A stretch of DNA of 64,000 nt from Escherichia coli (GTDB lineage: Bacteria > Pseudomonadota > Gammaproteobacteria > Enterobacterales > Enterobacteriaceae), in the NCBI RefSeq assembly GCF_003334385.1, contig NZ_QOWN01000019.1; one strand, given 5' to 3'. The position numbers were made by a program, and so were the translations under genes. Positions 11,556 through 22,811 of this stretch are shown here, in pieces. Below the pieces are notes generated by a model, which searched no databases, was not told the DNA's origin, and was given only the letters and a program-made list of their open reading frames with translations. Position 1 is the stretch's first letter, and every line of letters begins with the position of its first letter.

Positions 11556-12251
11556 TTACTGCCCGTAATAGGCATTGGCCCCATGCTTACGCAGGTAGTG
11601 CTTATCCAGCAGTTCGTTTTGCATCGCAGGGAGCTGCGGCGCAAGCTGGCGCGAGAATAGACCCATATAGGCGCATTCTTCGAGTACTACGGCGTTATGC
11701 ACGGCATCGGCGGCGTTTTTACCCCATGCGAACGGGCCGTGAGAATGCACCAGCACCGCCGGGATTTGTGCCGGACTCCTGCCACGTTCTTCGAAGGTTT
11801 CAATGATCACTTCGCCGGTCTGATATTCATATTCGCCGTTAATCTCCTCTGCGGTCATCTGTCGCGTGCAGGGGATGGCACCGTAAAAATAATCGGCGTG
11901 GGTGGTGCCCCAGGCGGGGAGATCCAGCCCGGCCTGTGACCAGATGGTGGCGTGGCGCGAGTGGGTATGCACAATACCGCCAATTTCGGCATAGCGACGG
12001 TAGAGCGCCAGATGCGTTGGTGTATCGGAAGAGGGTTTTTTGCTGCCTTCCACCACCTTACCGCTGGCTATCTCAACCACCACCATATCGTCGGCGGTCA
12101 TCACGTCGTACTCGACGCCGGAAGGTTTGATTACCATCCATTGCCGCGTTTCGTCTACCGCGCTGACATTGCCCCAGGTGAACGTCACCAGATGGTGAGC
12201 GGGAAGCGCCAGATTCGCCGCCAGCACGTCGGCTTTCAGTTGCTCTAACAT
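11556..12251 (-). CDS. sgbE: L-ribulose-5-phosphate 4-epimerase (231 aa)
   Basis: Class II aldolase/AraD-like sequence; last gene of yiaK-S operon. Confidence 0.92.
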
Positions 12252-13105
12252 ATAAATCCAGCCTCCTGCATACGCGCTTCAATCCAACGCCGCGCCTGAA
12301 TAATCTCCAGCACCGGCTCTTTGGCTTTTTCGGTCCACATCTCAATCAGGAAAGAACCGCGATAGTTCAGTTTATGCAGCGTTTTGAAGATGCCAACGAA
12401 ATCGACGCAGCCTTCGCCAAACGGCACGTCGCGGAACTGTCCGGGACTTTGCCCGGTGACTGGCTGGGTGTCTTTCAGGTGGATCGCGGCGATACGGTCA
12501 ATGCCCAGTTTCAGTTCGGCGGGAACATCATTGCCCCAGGCGCTGAGGTTGCCGACGTCCGGGTAGACGGTGAACCACGGTGAGGCGAGCATCTCGTCCC
12601 ATTTTTTCCATTTGCTGATGGAGTTCATAAACGCGGTATCCATAATCTCCACCGCCAGCATTACTTGTGATGCCGCCGCCTGTTCGACTGCCCACGCCAG
12701 CCCTTCAGCAAAACGTTGCCGGGTGCCTTCGTCGTGGTCTTCGTAATAGACGTCATAACCTGCCAGCTGGATGGTGCGAATGCCGAGATCGCGCGCCAGG
12801 CGAATCGCTTTACTCATGATTTCCCGCGCCCGTTCGCGCACTGCCTCGTCACGGCTACCAAAGGGAAAGCGACGATGTGCGGACAGGCACATCGACGGGA
12901 TCCCAACACCTGTTTCGATCATCGCGGCAACCAGCGAAGTCCTTTGTGCGGCGCTCCAGTCAAGACGTGAGAGCCGTTCGTCGGTTTCATCCACCGACAT
13001 TTCGACAAAATCAAAACCGCAGCTTTTTGCCAGCACCAGCCGCTCCGGCCAGGAGAGATCTTTCGCCAGCGCTTTTTCATAAATCCCTAACGGATGATTA
13101 CGCAC
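12245..13105 (-). CDS. sgbU: L-xylulose-5-phosphate 3-epimerase (286 aa), GTG start
   Basis: Native N-terminus [13 protein letters not shown] at GTG 13103-13105; track ORF over-extended to 13195. Confidence 0.88.
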   Translation of the reverse strand: MRNHPLGIYEKALAKDLSWPERLVLAKSCGFDFVEMSVDETDERLSRLDWSAAQRTSLVAAMIETGVGIPSMCLSAHRRFPFGSRDEAVRERAREIMSKAIRLARDLGIRTIQLAGYDVYYEDHDEGTRQRFAEGLAWAVEQAAASQVMLAVEIMDTAFMNSISKWKKWDEMLASPWFTVYPDVGNLSAWGNDVPAELKLGIDRIAAIHLKDTQPVTGQSPGQFRDVPFGEGCVDFVGIFKTLHKLNYRGSFLIEMWTEKAKEPVLEIIQARRWIEARMQEAGFIC

Positions 13106-13760
13106 GCGCACCTCCCCAGATAGCGTCGATTTGCGCATGGAAATCGCCAGCCACTTGCGCCGGATTTGCCGCGCCTGCCAGTGCCCGCCCGGCAATAAAC
13201 GCTTTCACGCGGATATCTTTAAACAGCGGCAGGTCAGCAGGGGTAATCCCGCCAGTAATGGAAAGCTCAAGGCCGATATCTGAAAGCGCCTTCATGCGTG
13301 CCAGATCGGCTTCGCCCCACTGTTGCCCGCTGGCCTGTGCATCACGACCGCGATGATAAATGGCCTGCCGCACGCCAATACGATGCCAGTCGCGGGCGTC
13401 GTCCAGCGTCCAGTTACCGAACAGCTCTATCTGAATTTCACCCCCGCAGCGTTGTGCCATTGCGTGGCCTTTTTCTACCGTCGCGAGCGGCGCGGCGCAG
13501 ATGATGGTCATCCAGTTAGCGCCTGCGCCAAACGCCTGTTGCGCGAGCGTTTCACCAGCGTCGGCGACCTTCCAGTCAGCAACGATGATTTTGTCCGGGC
13601 ACTGTTCGCGCAAGGCTTTCACCGCGCCAAGCCCTTCGTTTAAACAGAGAATGGTGCCCGCTTCGACGATATCGACGCTGTCTTTTAACAGCGTCACGTC
13701 GCGCTGCGCGGCTTCAAGTGATGAGTGGTCGAGGGCCAGTTGCAGAAGTGGTCGGCTCAT
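13098..13760 (-). CDS. sgbH: 3-keto-L-gulonate-6-phosphate decarboxylase (220 aa)
   Basis: OMP-decarboxylase-like fold sequence; overlaps neighbours by 4-8 nt. Confidence 0.9.
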   Translation of the reverse strand: MSRPLLQLALDHSSLEAAQRDVTLLKDSVDIVEAGTILCLNEGLGAVKALREQCPDKIIVADWKVADAGETLAQQAFGAGANWMTIICAAPLATVEKGHAMAQRCGGEIQIELFGNWTLDDARDWHRIGVRQAIYHRGRDAQASGQQWGEADLARMKALSDIGLELSITGGITPADLPLFKDIRVKAFIAGRALAGAANPAQVAGDFHAQIDAIWGGARA

Positions 13761-15253
13761 AATGTGTGCTCCTTAATGCGGGCGTGAAAGCCCTGAAGTG
13801 CGGCAATGAGATGCTGATAACGTTGATATTTTTTTTGGTAAAGCTGATGGGCGGTCATATCTGGCAGCAGGGTGCGCACCGGGTGTCGCAAGTCACGTTG
13901 GGCTTCGCTGAAGTTGTGATAAACCCCGGTGCCGACGCGGGCGGCAAGGGCCGCACCAAAGCAGCCGGTTTCTTCCACCTGCGGCAGCTCGATACGCAGA
14001 CCGCTGACGTCCGCCAGCATTTGCATCCAGACATCGGAGTGCGCCGGGCCGCCAGTGACGCGTAGGGTGTGAACATCAGTAAAACGTTCGCGCATTCGGT
14101 TGAGGTGGGTCATATGGCTGAACACCACCCCTTCATAGATGGCCTGCAACAGGTGCGCGCGGGTGTGAATGGCCTGCATCCCGTAGAAACCACTGGTCAT
14201 CTCGAGTCCGGCGTTGCTGCCGTACAGGAACGGCAGGAAAAAGAGATCGCCCCCAGCCTTCGGCAAGCTGGCAACGGCCTGATTGATCTCATCAAACGAG
14301 ATTTCTCCCCACTGTGCGGTAAACCATTCGAGGTTGCCGGAAGAGGTAGGGCTGGCTTCGTGAACGATAAATTCACCATCGTTAACGTAGCGACCATAGA
14401 CATACGGATGCGCTTCACCGTCACGTAAACCGCGGGTTATGCCGCTGGTCACCGCCCAGGTCCCCATCACCGCATTGAGGGTAAATTCGTCTTCGATCCC
14501 GGCGCAGAGTGCGGTGGAAACCACATCAAACAGGCCGCCAACAACGGGCGTACCCGCTTTCAGACCGGTCAGGGCGGCTGTCTGAGCGGTGATCTCCCCG
14601 TAGATTTCGGCAGATCCGACAACAGGCGGCAGGGCGTGATTGATTTCAGCGATCCCCAGCCAGTCGGTGAGGCACGGGTCATATTCCCCAAGACTCATGT
14701 TGTAGAGGTTGGACTCGGAAATATTGCTCTCTTCACAGCCTTTGACGCCAGTTAAACACCAGCGCAGGTAGTCGTGCGTCATCATCACGCAGCCAATTTG
14801 CGCGTAGCGTTCTGGTTCGTGCTCTTTCAGCCAGCGTAACAGCGACACCGGATGCCCGGTCCACAAGGTTTGTCGGGTCAGCGGGTAGAGTTTTTCCGGG
14901 ATGCCATCTTCCTGCCAGCGACGAACGATTTCCATCGCCCGGCGGTCCGAGGACAAAATAGCATTCCCGAGCGGTTTGTCGTTTTTATCCAGCAAAAACA
15001 AGCCCTTTCCCTGTGCGGAGATGCCGATACCGACAATTTGTTCCCCGCTAACACCAGAATGAGTAAGCAGGGCGCGAATGACAGCCATGCAGCATTGCCA
15101 CAGTTCTGCCATATCGCGCTCTGCCCAGCCTGGCTGCGGGCTTAATGCGCACAGCGGCAGGCGCTGCACGCCTGCCTCCCGGCCTTCGCGGTCATACAGC
15201 CCGGCTTTCAGCCAGCTACCGCCACAATCTAACCCCAGCCAGTATTGCGTCAT
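13757..15253 (-). CDS. lyxK: L-xylulose/3-keto-L-gulonate kinase (498 aa)
   Basis: FGGY carbohydrate kinase family; length and context. Confidence 0.92.
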   Translation of the reverse strand: MTQYWLGLDCGGSWLKAGLYDREGREAGVQRLPLCALSPQPGWAERDMAELWQCCMAVIRALLTHSGVSGEQIVGIGISAQGKGLFLLDKNDKPLGNAILSSDRRAMEIVRRWQEDGIPEKLYPLTRQTLWTGHPVSLLRWLKEHEPERYAQIGCVMMTHDYLRWCLTGVKGCEESNISESNLYNMSLGEYDPCLTDWLGIAEINHALPPVVGSAEIYGEITAQTAALTGLKAGTPVVGGLFDVVSTALCAGIEDEFTLNAVMGTWAVTSGITRGLRDGEAHPYVYGRYVNDGEFIVHEASPTSSGNLEWFTAQWGEISFDEINQAVASLPKAGGDLFFLPFLYGSNAGLEMTSGFYGMQAIHTRAHLLQAIYEGVVFSHMTHLNRMRERFTDVHTLRVTGGPAHSDVWMQMLADVSGLRIELPQVEETGCFGAALAARVGTGVYHNFSEAQRDLRHPVRTLLPDMTAHQLYQKKYQRYQHLIAALQGFHARIKEHTL

Positions 15254-15256
15254 GGT

Positions 15257-16243
15257 TTATTGCACCTCATCCACGGCTTTCAGCAGATCAGCTCCCTGCG
15301 GCACATCTTTAACAAACATGTCGCGAACCTGATTCCCCAGTGCGTCGCTAAAGGCTTTGCGGTCGAGATCGGTGATGACTTCCACGCCCGCTTCTTTCAT
15401 GCCGTCGATGATTTTTTGCTGATCTTCAGCAACCAGTTTGCGCTGATAGTTACCCGCTTCTTGTGCAGATGAAACTAGCGCCTGCTGGAACTCCGGACTT
15501 AAGCCATCAAACTTCGCTTTGTTGATCACCACCAGAAGCGGGGAATAGGCGTGGTGCGTCAGAGAAAGGAACTTCTGCACTTCGAAAAATTTTGCTGACC
15601 AGACGACGTTGATCGGGTGTTCCTGAGCGTCGATAGTGCGGGTTTCCAGCCCGGTATAGACTTCGGCAAACGGCATCGGGATCGGGTTAGCGCCAAAGAC
15701 TTTGAATGCGGCGATATTCATCGGGCTATTGTTGGTGCGGATTTTCAGCCCTTTCAGGTCGGCGGGGGTTTTAACCGGTGCGCGCGAGTTGGTGACATCG
15801 CGCCAGCCGTTTTCCCAGTAGGCCAGTACTTTCAGTCCTTTACCTTCAAGTGAGGCTTTCAGATCATCACCGACTTTGCCGTCGAGCGTTTTATGCGCGT
15901 GAGCGGTATCGCGGAACAGGAAAGGGACATCAAGCAAGTTCATCACTGGTGATAACCCGGCAAAGTTATTCGAGCCGGACATTTCCATATCGATGGTGCC
16001 GCCACGTACGCCGCTGATCATCGCCTGCGCGTTACCGAGAGTGCTGTCCGGGAACAGTTTTAATTTCAGCTCGCCTTTGGTTCTCTCCTGCAATAAATCA
16101 TTGAATTTTTTCGCCGCAATATGTTGCGAGTCGGTTTGTGATGTTTCATAACCGAAACGTAAAGATTGTGCCGCCAGAGAAGATGTGCTGAATGCAGCCA
16201 GGCCAGCAATGAATAATGCGTAGGTTACAGAGCGTAATTTCAT
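15257..16243 (-). CDS. yiaO: TRAP transporter periplasmic solute-binding protein (328 aa)
   Basis: Signal peptide plus DctP-family sequence. Confidence 0.92.
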   Translation of the reverse strand: MKLRSVTYALFIAGLAAFSTSSLAAQSLRFGYETSQTDSQHIAAKKFNDLLQERTKGELKLKLFPDSTLGNAQAMISGVRGGTIDMEMSGSNNFAGLSPVMNLLDVPFLFRDTAHAHKTLDGKVGDDLKASLEGKGLKVLAYWENGWRDVTNSRAPVKTPADLKGLKIRTNNSPMNIAAFKVFGANPIPMPFAEVYTGLETRTIDAQEHPINVVWSAKFFEVQKFLSLTHHAYSPLLVVINKAKFDGLSPEFQQALVSSAQEAGNYQRKLVAEDQQKIIDGMKEAGVEVITDLDRKAFSDALGNQVRDMFVKDVPQGADLLKAVDEVQ

Positions 16244-16255
16244 AATATTTTCCTT

Positions 16256-17533
16256 TTAATTAATCCATTTCAAAGGGAGGATGATGAGATCGGGAATAAA
16301 AACAAATACGACTAATAATGAATATAAAACCAGGACGTAAGGGAAAACGCCTCTGACTGCATCATCGAATTTGAGTTTTGCCACCCCTGAAATAACGTTA
16401 AGTACATTACCGATAGGCGGTGTAATTAAGCCGATTGAGCAGTTAATGATAAACATGACACCGAAATAAATCGGATCGATTCCTGCCTCTTTAACTAAAG
16501 GCATTAATACCGGGGTAAGAATTAATACCGTCGGCGTTAAATCCATGACCATGCCGACAATCAGGATAGCCACCATAATGACGATAAACAGCAGACGCGG
16601 TGAATCGACCAACGGTTGCAGTAAATCAGAAACCATCATCGGCAGTTCAGCAATGGTAATCAGCCAGGCGGAAACTTGTGCCGAGGCCACCAGAAACATA
16701 ACCACTGAGGTGGTTTTCGCCGCGCCAATGAGTACATGCCAAAGTGTGGCGAAGGTCATTTCACGGTAAATAACTGTGGCGACAAACAGCGCATAGAAAG
16801 CAGCAACGGCCCCGGCTTCGGTAGGGGTAAACAGACCGGAGCGAAACCCGCCAATAATGATGACTGGAAGAAACAGCGCCCAGATACCGGAGACAAAAGA
16901 GTGCCAGATTTCCTGCATCGTTGCTTTTTGCTGGCGGGGTAAATTAAGGCGACTGGCCTGCCACCACCAGGTAAGCATCAGCGTTGCGCCCATCATCATG
17001 CCAGGGGCAATGCCCGCCATAAACAGCTTACTGATGGATAATCCGCTGGAAACGCCGAAGATAATAAACGGAATGGAAGGGGGAATAATTGGCGCGATAA
17101 TGCCGCCAGAGGCAATCAGCCCCGCCGCCCGGTTGACCGGATAGTTGGCGCTGCGCATCATCGGCACCAGTAGAGCGGCAACGGCGGCGGTATCCGCAAC
17201 GGCAGAACCAGAAAGGCTCGCCATAATCATAGCTGCCAGCACGCCGACGTAGCCCAGCCCGCCTGGTTTATGCCCCACCAGTTTCATCGGCAGGTCAACA
17301 ATGCGTTTTGACAAGCCGCCCGCATTCATGATTTCACCCGCCAGCACAAAGAACGGAATCGCCAGCAGGGAGAAGCTATCGGCTCCGTTCACCAGCGTTT
17401 GTGCCATGATCTGGACATCAAACATGTCCAGCCAGAACATTAACGCCGCCCCGCACAACAACAGTGCCCAGGCAATAGGCAAACCGATAGCAATACCACC
17501 CAACAGACAGCCCAGAAAAATCAGCACAGCCAT
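16256..17533 (-). CDS. yiaN: TRAP transporter large permease (425 aa)
   Basis: DctM-family polytopic membrane protein. Confidence 0.92.
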   Translation of the reverse strand: MAVLIFLGCLLGGIAIGLPIAWALLLCGAALMFWLDMFDVQIMAQTLVNGADSFSLLAIPFFVLAGEIMNAGGLSKRIVDLPMKLVGHKPGGLGYVGVLAAMIMASLSGSAVADTAAVAALLVPMMRSANYPVNRAAGLIASGGIIAPIIPPSIPFIIFGVSSGLSISKLFMAGIAPGMMMGATLMLTWWWQASRLNLPRQQKATMQEIWHSFVSGIWALFLPVIIIGGFRSGLFTPTEAGAVAAFYALFVATVIYREMTFATLWHVLIGAAKTTSVVMFLVASAQVSAWLITIAELPMMVSDLLQPLVDSPRLLFIVIMVAILIVGMVMDLTPTVLILTPVLMPLVKEAGIDPIYFGVMFIINCSIGLITPPIGNVLNVISGVAKLKFDDAVRGVFPYVLVLYSLLVVFVFIPDLIILPLKWIN

Positions 17534-17535
17534 GA

Positions 17536-18039
17536 TTAAGCTCCTTGCGGTGGCGACGTTAGAGAATTGCTACGCGTGATGAGTTGATATAAATGACGCA
17601 GTTCAAAGAATGCGATAACGAGGCTGGTGGGCAGACAAGCGGCATACATCAGGCCGATGGGTAAACCGAGGATCGGTGAATAATCGCTCCAGTCCTGAAT
17701 TGTTTTTAGCGTTGCGCCCCAGGCCAGTGCGCCACAAATAAATAAGATTAAGGAATGGGTAACCAGAGCGACTCGTCGCTGCCATGCGGGGGAGAGTTTC
17801 TCCACCAGAAAGGTGACCTGAACGTGGGCGTTATCCATAAAAGCTACAATCGCGCCAATAAACGTTAACCAGACAAATAAATAACGTGACAATTCATCAA
17901 CAGATAAAATGCTTGTCTGAAAACCATATCTTAAAATAATGTTTATAAATACAATACAGGAAAGTACGGCGAGATTAATCGCCAGTATTGCTTCGAGTAT
18001 TTTTTTTTCATAGCTATTCCTTGAGGCTATGTCTGTCAT
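17536..18039 (-). CDS. yiaM: TRAP transporter small permease (start position somewhat uncertain)
   Basis: DctQ-family; ATG at 18037-18039. Confidence 0.85.
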
Positions 18040-18128
18040 AATTCAAGTCGCATGTGCAGCAACCTGAATTATTAATATAGTTAGAGCAATAACATTACCC
18101 AGGCGTTCTGGCGTAGACGATTATTCGA

Positions 18129-18599
<471 letters not shown>

Positions 18600-18607
18600 T
18601 TATCTCC

Positions 18608-19606
18608 TCATAACGCCTGGATTTTGGCCCACACGCTGTCATCAACAGTGATGCCGTTACGGCGGTTTTCGGCCAGCAGGGTAGTAAATTCATGGCCGGG
18701 TAAGCGAATGGCCTGATTTTCGTCAGCACGCTCGGCACTAGTAACGTAATCCATGATGCGTTGCAGCTTGGCATCGCGGGTGGGACCGTCGATAAGCTTG
18801 TCCACTTCAATGGCAATAAAAATTTGTGAAATGCCGTATTCGTCGCTGTTGTCCTGGGTGACTTCGGCAACGGATGCGCCGTCGGAAAGGAGAGTAGCGA
18901 TCATATCCAGCACAATCGACATGCCAGAACCTTTCCAGTAGCCCATCGGCAAAATGCGGCGATTCTTCTCGATAACGCCAGGTTCTTTGGTCAAATTGCC
19001 CTCATCATCAAAGCCACCATCGACCGGGAGCTGACGACCTGCCAGACGGTTAACTTCTAACATGCCGTAAGAGAACATCGACATCGACATATCGACCATG
19101 GTGATCGGCGTGGAAGGAATGGCGACGATCAGCGGGTTAGTGCCGATGCGACACTCTTTTGCGCCCCACGGCGGCATTACGGCGATGGAGTTGGTCCAGC
19201 AAATGCCAATATAGCCTTTTTCCGCCGCCTGCCAGCCGTAGCTGCCGCCGCGCATCCAGTGGTTGGCATTACGTAGTGCCACCAGACCAATACCGTGATC
19301 GGCAGCCAGTTCAATGGCGCGATCCATCATCTTTTTCGCTGTCAGGTTACCGATCGAACGCTGGGCGTCCCACTGTTCAATTGCGCCGAGGCTGGTTATA
19401 CGTTTGGGTTGGGCATCAGGAATGATATCGCCGTTTTCCAGTTGTTGAATGAAACGAGGGAAACGATTAACGCCGTGAGAATAAACGCCGGATTCGGTGG
19501 TGCGGGCGAACATCTCTGCACAGGCGTCAGCCGTTTCGCTGTCAACGCCGCGTGAAATTAAGACCCGATTAAAGGCTGCTTTTAACTGCTCAAATGTCAC
19601 TTTCAT
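18608..19606 (-). CDS. yiaK: 2,3-diketo-L-gulonate reductase (332 aa)
   Basis: Ldh_2/malate-L-lactate dehydrogenase-like family; first gene of operon. Confidence 0.92.
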
Positions 19607-19806
19607 CCCAGGCTTCCTTGTTTTTTTGATCGCTTTTTTGGCTTAAAATTTCAATATGCGAAACTTGATTTCAAATATATCGATCACTTTTTAACAAAGC
19701 AATCTGATTGATGAATTTCAAAAGACATAAAAATCAATTGGTTATAAATTATCTGTCGAGATCGTGAACTACGGCACACTTTGCGCTACCATCAGGACGC
19801 GACAAA
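19607..19806. promoter_or_regulatory. divergent yiaK-S / yiaJ promoter-operator region (AT-rich)
   Basis: 200-bp AT-rich gap between divergent starts; individual sites not resolved by eye. Confidence 0.5.
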
Positions 19807-20655
19807 ATGGGGAAAGAAGTGATGGGAAAAAAAGAGAACGAGATGGCGCAGGAAAAAGAGCGTCCAGCCGGAAGCCAGAGTCTGTTTCGCGGGTTGATGC
19901 TGATTGAGATTTTGAGCAACTATCCAAACGGTTGTCCGTTGGCGCATCTTTCGGAGCTGGCTGGTTTAAATAAGAGTACCGTCCATCGCTTATTGCAGGG
20001 ATTACAGTCCTGCGGCTATGTGACCACCGCGCCTGCCGCAGGGAGTTATCGCCTGACCACCAAATTTATTGCCGTCGGGCAGAAGGCGCTGTCTTCGCTG
20101 AATATCATTCATATCGCCGCTCCGCATCTTGAGGCACTGAACATCGCCACTGGTGAAACCATTAACTTCTCCAGCCGCGAAGACGATCACGCTATTTTGA
20201 TTTATAAGCTGGAACCCACAACCGGGATGCTGCGAACCCGTGCCTATATTGGCCAGCATATGCCGCTCTACTGTTCCGCAATGGGCAAGATCTACATGGC
20301 GTTTGGTCACCCGGACTACGTGAAGTCATACTGGGAAAGCCATCAGCATGAGATCCAGCCGTTAACCCGCAATACCATTACCGAGCTGCCCGCGATGTTC
20401 GACGAACTGGCGCACATTCGTGAAAGCGGAGCGGCGATGGACAGAGAAGAAAACGAACTCGGCGTCTCCTGTATTGCTGTTCCGGTGTTTGATATTCATG
20501 GGCGGGTGCCGTACGCCGTGTCGATTTCGCTTTCGACATCACGTCTGAAACAGGTGGGAGAGAAAAATCTCCTGAAACCACTGCGTGAAACCGCGCAGGC
20601 TATTTCTAATGAACTGGGATTTACTGTCAGGGATGACCTGGGCGCGATCACATAA
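19807..20655 (+). CDS. yiaJ: IclR-family transcriptional repressor of the yiaK-S operon (282 aa)
   Basis: IclR HTH and effector domain; divergent to yiaK. Confidence 0.9.
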   Translation: MGKEVMGKKENEMAQEKERPAGSQSLFRGLMLIEILSNYPNGCPLAHLSELAGLNKSTVHRLLQGLQSCGYVTTAPAAGSYRLTTKFIAVGQKALSSLNIIHIAAPHLEALNIATGETINFSSREDDHAILIYKLEPTTGMLRTRAYIGQHMPLYCSAMGKIYMAFGHPDYVKSYWESHQHEIQPLTRNTITELPAMFDELAHIRESGAAMDREENELGVSCIAVPVFDIHGRVPYAVSISLSTSRLKQVGEKNLLKPLRETAQAISNELGFTVRDDLGAIT

Positions 20656-20756
20656 CGCTTTGGACAAGTGCCAAAACTTTAACATTTCCTTCGTTGGATC
20701 AAAGCAGTAGGGACGCGCTCTCTGGCACTCTGCTGTTTTAGTGCAAAGGAGTGATC

Positions 20757-21230
20757 ATGAACCGGTTTATTATTGCGGATGCGACGAAATGTATCGGTTG
20801 CCGTACCTGTGAAGTGGCTTGCGCAGTGTCGCATCATGAGAATCAGGATTGCGCTGCGTTGTCACCAGACGAGTTTATTTCCCGTATTCGTGTCATTAAA
20901 GACCACTGCTGGACCACGGCAGTAGCCTGTCATCAGTGTGAAGATGCACCGTGCGCGAATGTCTGCCCTGTTGACGCGATAAGCCGCGAACATGGGCATA
21001 TTTTCGTTGAACAAACACGTTGCATTGGCTGTAAAAGCTGTATGCTGGCTTGCCCGTTTGGTGCGATGGAGGTCGTTTCTTCGCGCAAAAAGGCGAGGGC
21101 GATTAAGTGCGATCTGTGCTGGCATCGGGAGACGGGACCGGCCTGTGTTGAAGCCTGCCCGACAAAGGCGTTGCAGTGCATGGATGTCGAGAAAGTGCAG
21201 CGGCATCGGCTACGGCAGCAGCCTGTTTGA
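20757..21230 (+). CDS. ysaA: 4Fe-4S ferredoxin-type protein (HycB-like), 157 aa
   Basis: Four CxxCxxCxxxCP-type clusters; ATG 20757. Confidence 0.88.
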   Translation: MNRFIIADATKCIGCRTCEVACAVSHHENQDCAALSPDEFISRIRVIKDHCWTTAVACHQCEDAPCANVCPVDAISREHGHIFVEQTRCIGCKSCMLACPFGAMEVVSSRKKARAIKCDLCWHRETGPACVEACPTKALQCMDVEKVQRHRLRQQPV

Positions 21231-21277
21231 AACGTTTTCCGGCGTTTCTCAACGCCGGAACAGTGCGCTTTGTTTAT

Positions 21278-21375
21278 GCCAGATGCGGCGTAAACGCCTT
21301 ATCCGGCCTACAAATTCTTCCAAATTCAATATATTGCAGAAATCATGTAGGCCTGATAAGCGTAGCGCATCAGGC
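21278..21375. repeat. REP/BIME cluster between ysaA and avtA
   Basis: gccagatgcggcgtaaacgccttatccggcctac ... gtaggcctgataagcgtagcgcatcaggc. Confidence 0.75.
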
Positions 21376-21380
21376 AATTT

Positions 21381-22634
21381 TTAGTGACTTTCAGCCCAGG
21401 CTCTTTCTATCTCTTCCGCCAGAATCTTCACCCCCGCCTCAATTTTCTCCGGCTCTGGTACGTAGTTCATGCGCATACATTGATGCGTATGCGGCCACGG
21501 TTTATCCAGCCCTGGGAAGAAGTTGTGCCCCGGCACCATCAGCACGCCGCGTGCTTTCAGGCGCTGATAGAGCTGCTCGGTCGTAATGGGCAAATCCTTA
21601 AACCATAGCCAGAGGAAAATGGCTCCTTCCGGTTTATGAATCAGGCAGCGATTTTCCGGTAAATAGCGGCGAATGATGGCGATAGTTTCCTGAACACGCT
21701 GGTAGTAAAACGGTTTGATGACTGTTTCAGACAGGCGCAGCAGATCGTTACGCTTAATCATTTCACACATCATCGCCGGACCAATACCGCTAGGTGCCAG
21801 GCTGATAATGCCGTTCATATTGGTGATGGCGGTGATGATTTTTTCATTGGCGATGATAATGCCGCAGCGGGAGCCAGGTAGACCCAGCTTGGAAAGACTC
21901 ATGCACAGCACGATATTCGGATTCCATAGCGGGCGCGCTTCACTGAAGATGATACCCGGGAACGGGACGCCATAAGCGTTATCAATCACCAGCGGAATGC
22001 CGTGTTGATTCGCCAGCGCGTCAAGCTTCAGCAACTCTTCGTCAGTAATCACATTGCCTGTTGGATTCGTCGGCCGGGAGACGCAAATCATCCCGGTTTC
22101 TTCGCCAATATGCAGATGCTCAAAATCGACGTGGTATTTAAACTGGCCTTCCGGCAGCAGTTCAATATTCGGACGCGCAGAGACAAACAGATCTTCTTCC
22201 AGTCCGGCGTCAGCATAGCCAATGTATTCCGGTGCAAGCGGGAACAGCACTTTTTTGACCCGACCATCGGCACGGCGTCCGGCAAACAGGTTAAATAAGT
22301 AGAAAAACGCGCTCTGGCTGCCGTTTGTTAGTGCAATATTCTGTGGTTCGATATCCCAACCCAACTTCTCGCGCAGCATTCCGGCAAGCAGTGTGAGTAG
22401 CTCCGTTTTCCCCTGTGGACCGTCGTAGTTACACAGTGCATCAGTCGCTTTGCCACTTTCCAGCATGTCGGTCAGTAGCGTCTGGAAGTAGTCCTGCATT
22501 TCCGGGATCTGCGCCGGATTACCGCCGCCGAGCATAATCGCGCCAGGCGTGCGTAAACCGTCGTTCAGATCTTCCATCAACAGCGTAATGCCGGAGTGGC
22601 GGGTAAATTTGTCACCAAAAAGGGAGAATGTCAT
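21381..22634 (-). CDS. avtA: valine-pyruvate aminotransferase (417 aa)
   Basis: Native start MTFSLFGDKFTRHSG; track ORF extended 35 codons upstream. Confidence 0.92.
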   Translation of the reverse strand: MTFSLFGDKFTRHSGITLLMEDLNDGLRTPGAIMLGGGNPAQIPEMQDYFQTLLTDMLESGKATDALCNYDGPQGKTELLTLLAGMLREKLGWDIEPQNIALTNGSQSAFFYLFNLFAGRRADGRVKKVLFPLAPEYIGYADAGLEEDLFVSARPNIELLPEGQFKYHVDFEHLHIGEETGMICVSRPTNPTGNVITDEELLKLDALANQHGIPLVIDNAYGVPFPGIIFSEARPLWNPNIVLCMSLSKLGLPGSRCGIIIANEKIITAITNMNGIISLAPSGIGPAMMCEMIKRNDLLRLSETVIKPFYYQRVQETIAIIRRYLPENRCLIHKPEGAIFLWLWFKDLPITTEQLYQRLKARGVLMVPGHNFFPGLDKPWPHTHQCMRMNYVPEPEKIEAGVKILAEEIERAWAESH

Positions 22635-22811
22635 AGCGGGATATCTGTCGAACTCTGTAGCAAGGAAGGTAACAATAACGCTACATTTGCTGGGGTGCAA
22701 ATCGGTCTGTTGAAGAGTGAGCGGTGCTTTATCCTGCAACGCTGATTAGGGCTGACATTTTATCCTGGTTGGCGGCTTCCCGAGGTACTGACGAACGGGA
22801 AGCCGGAAAAG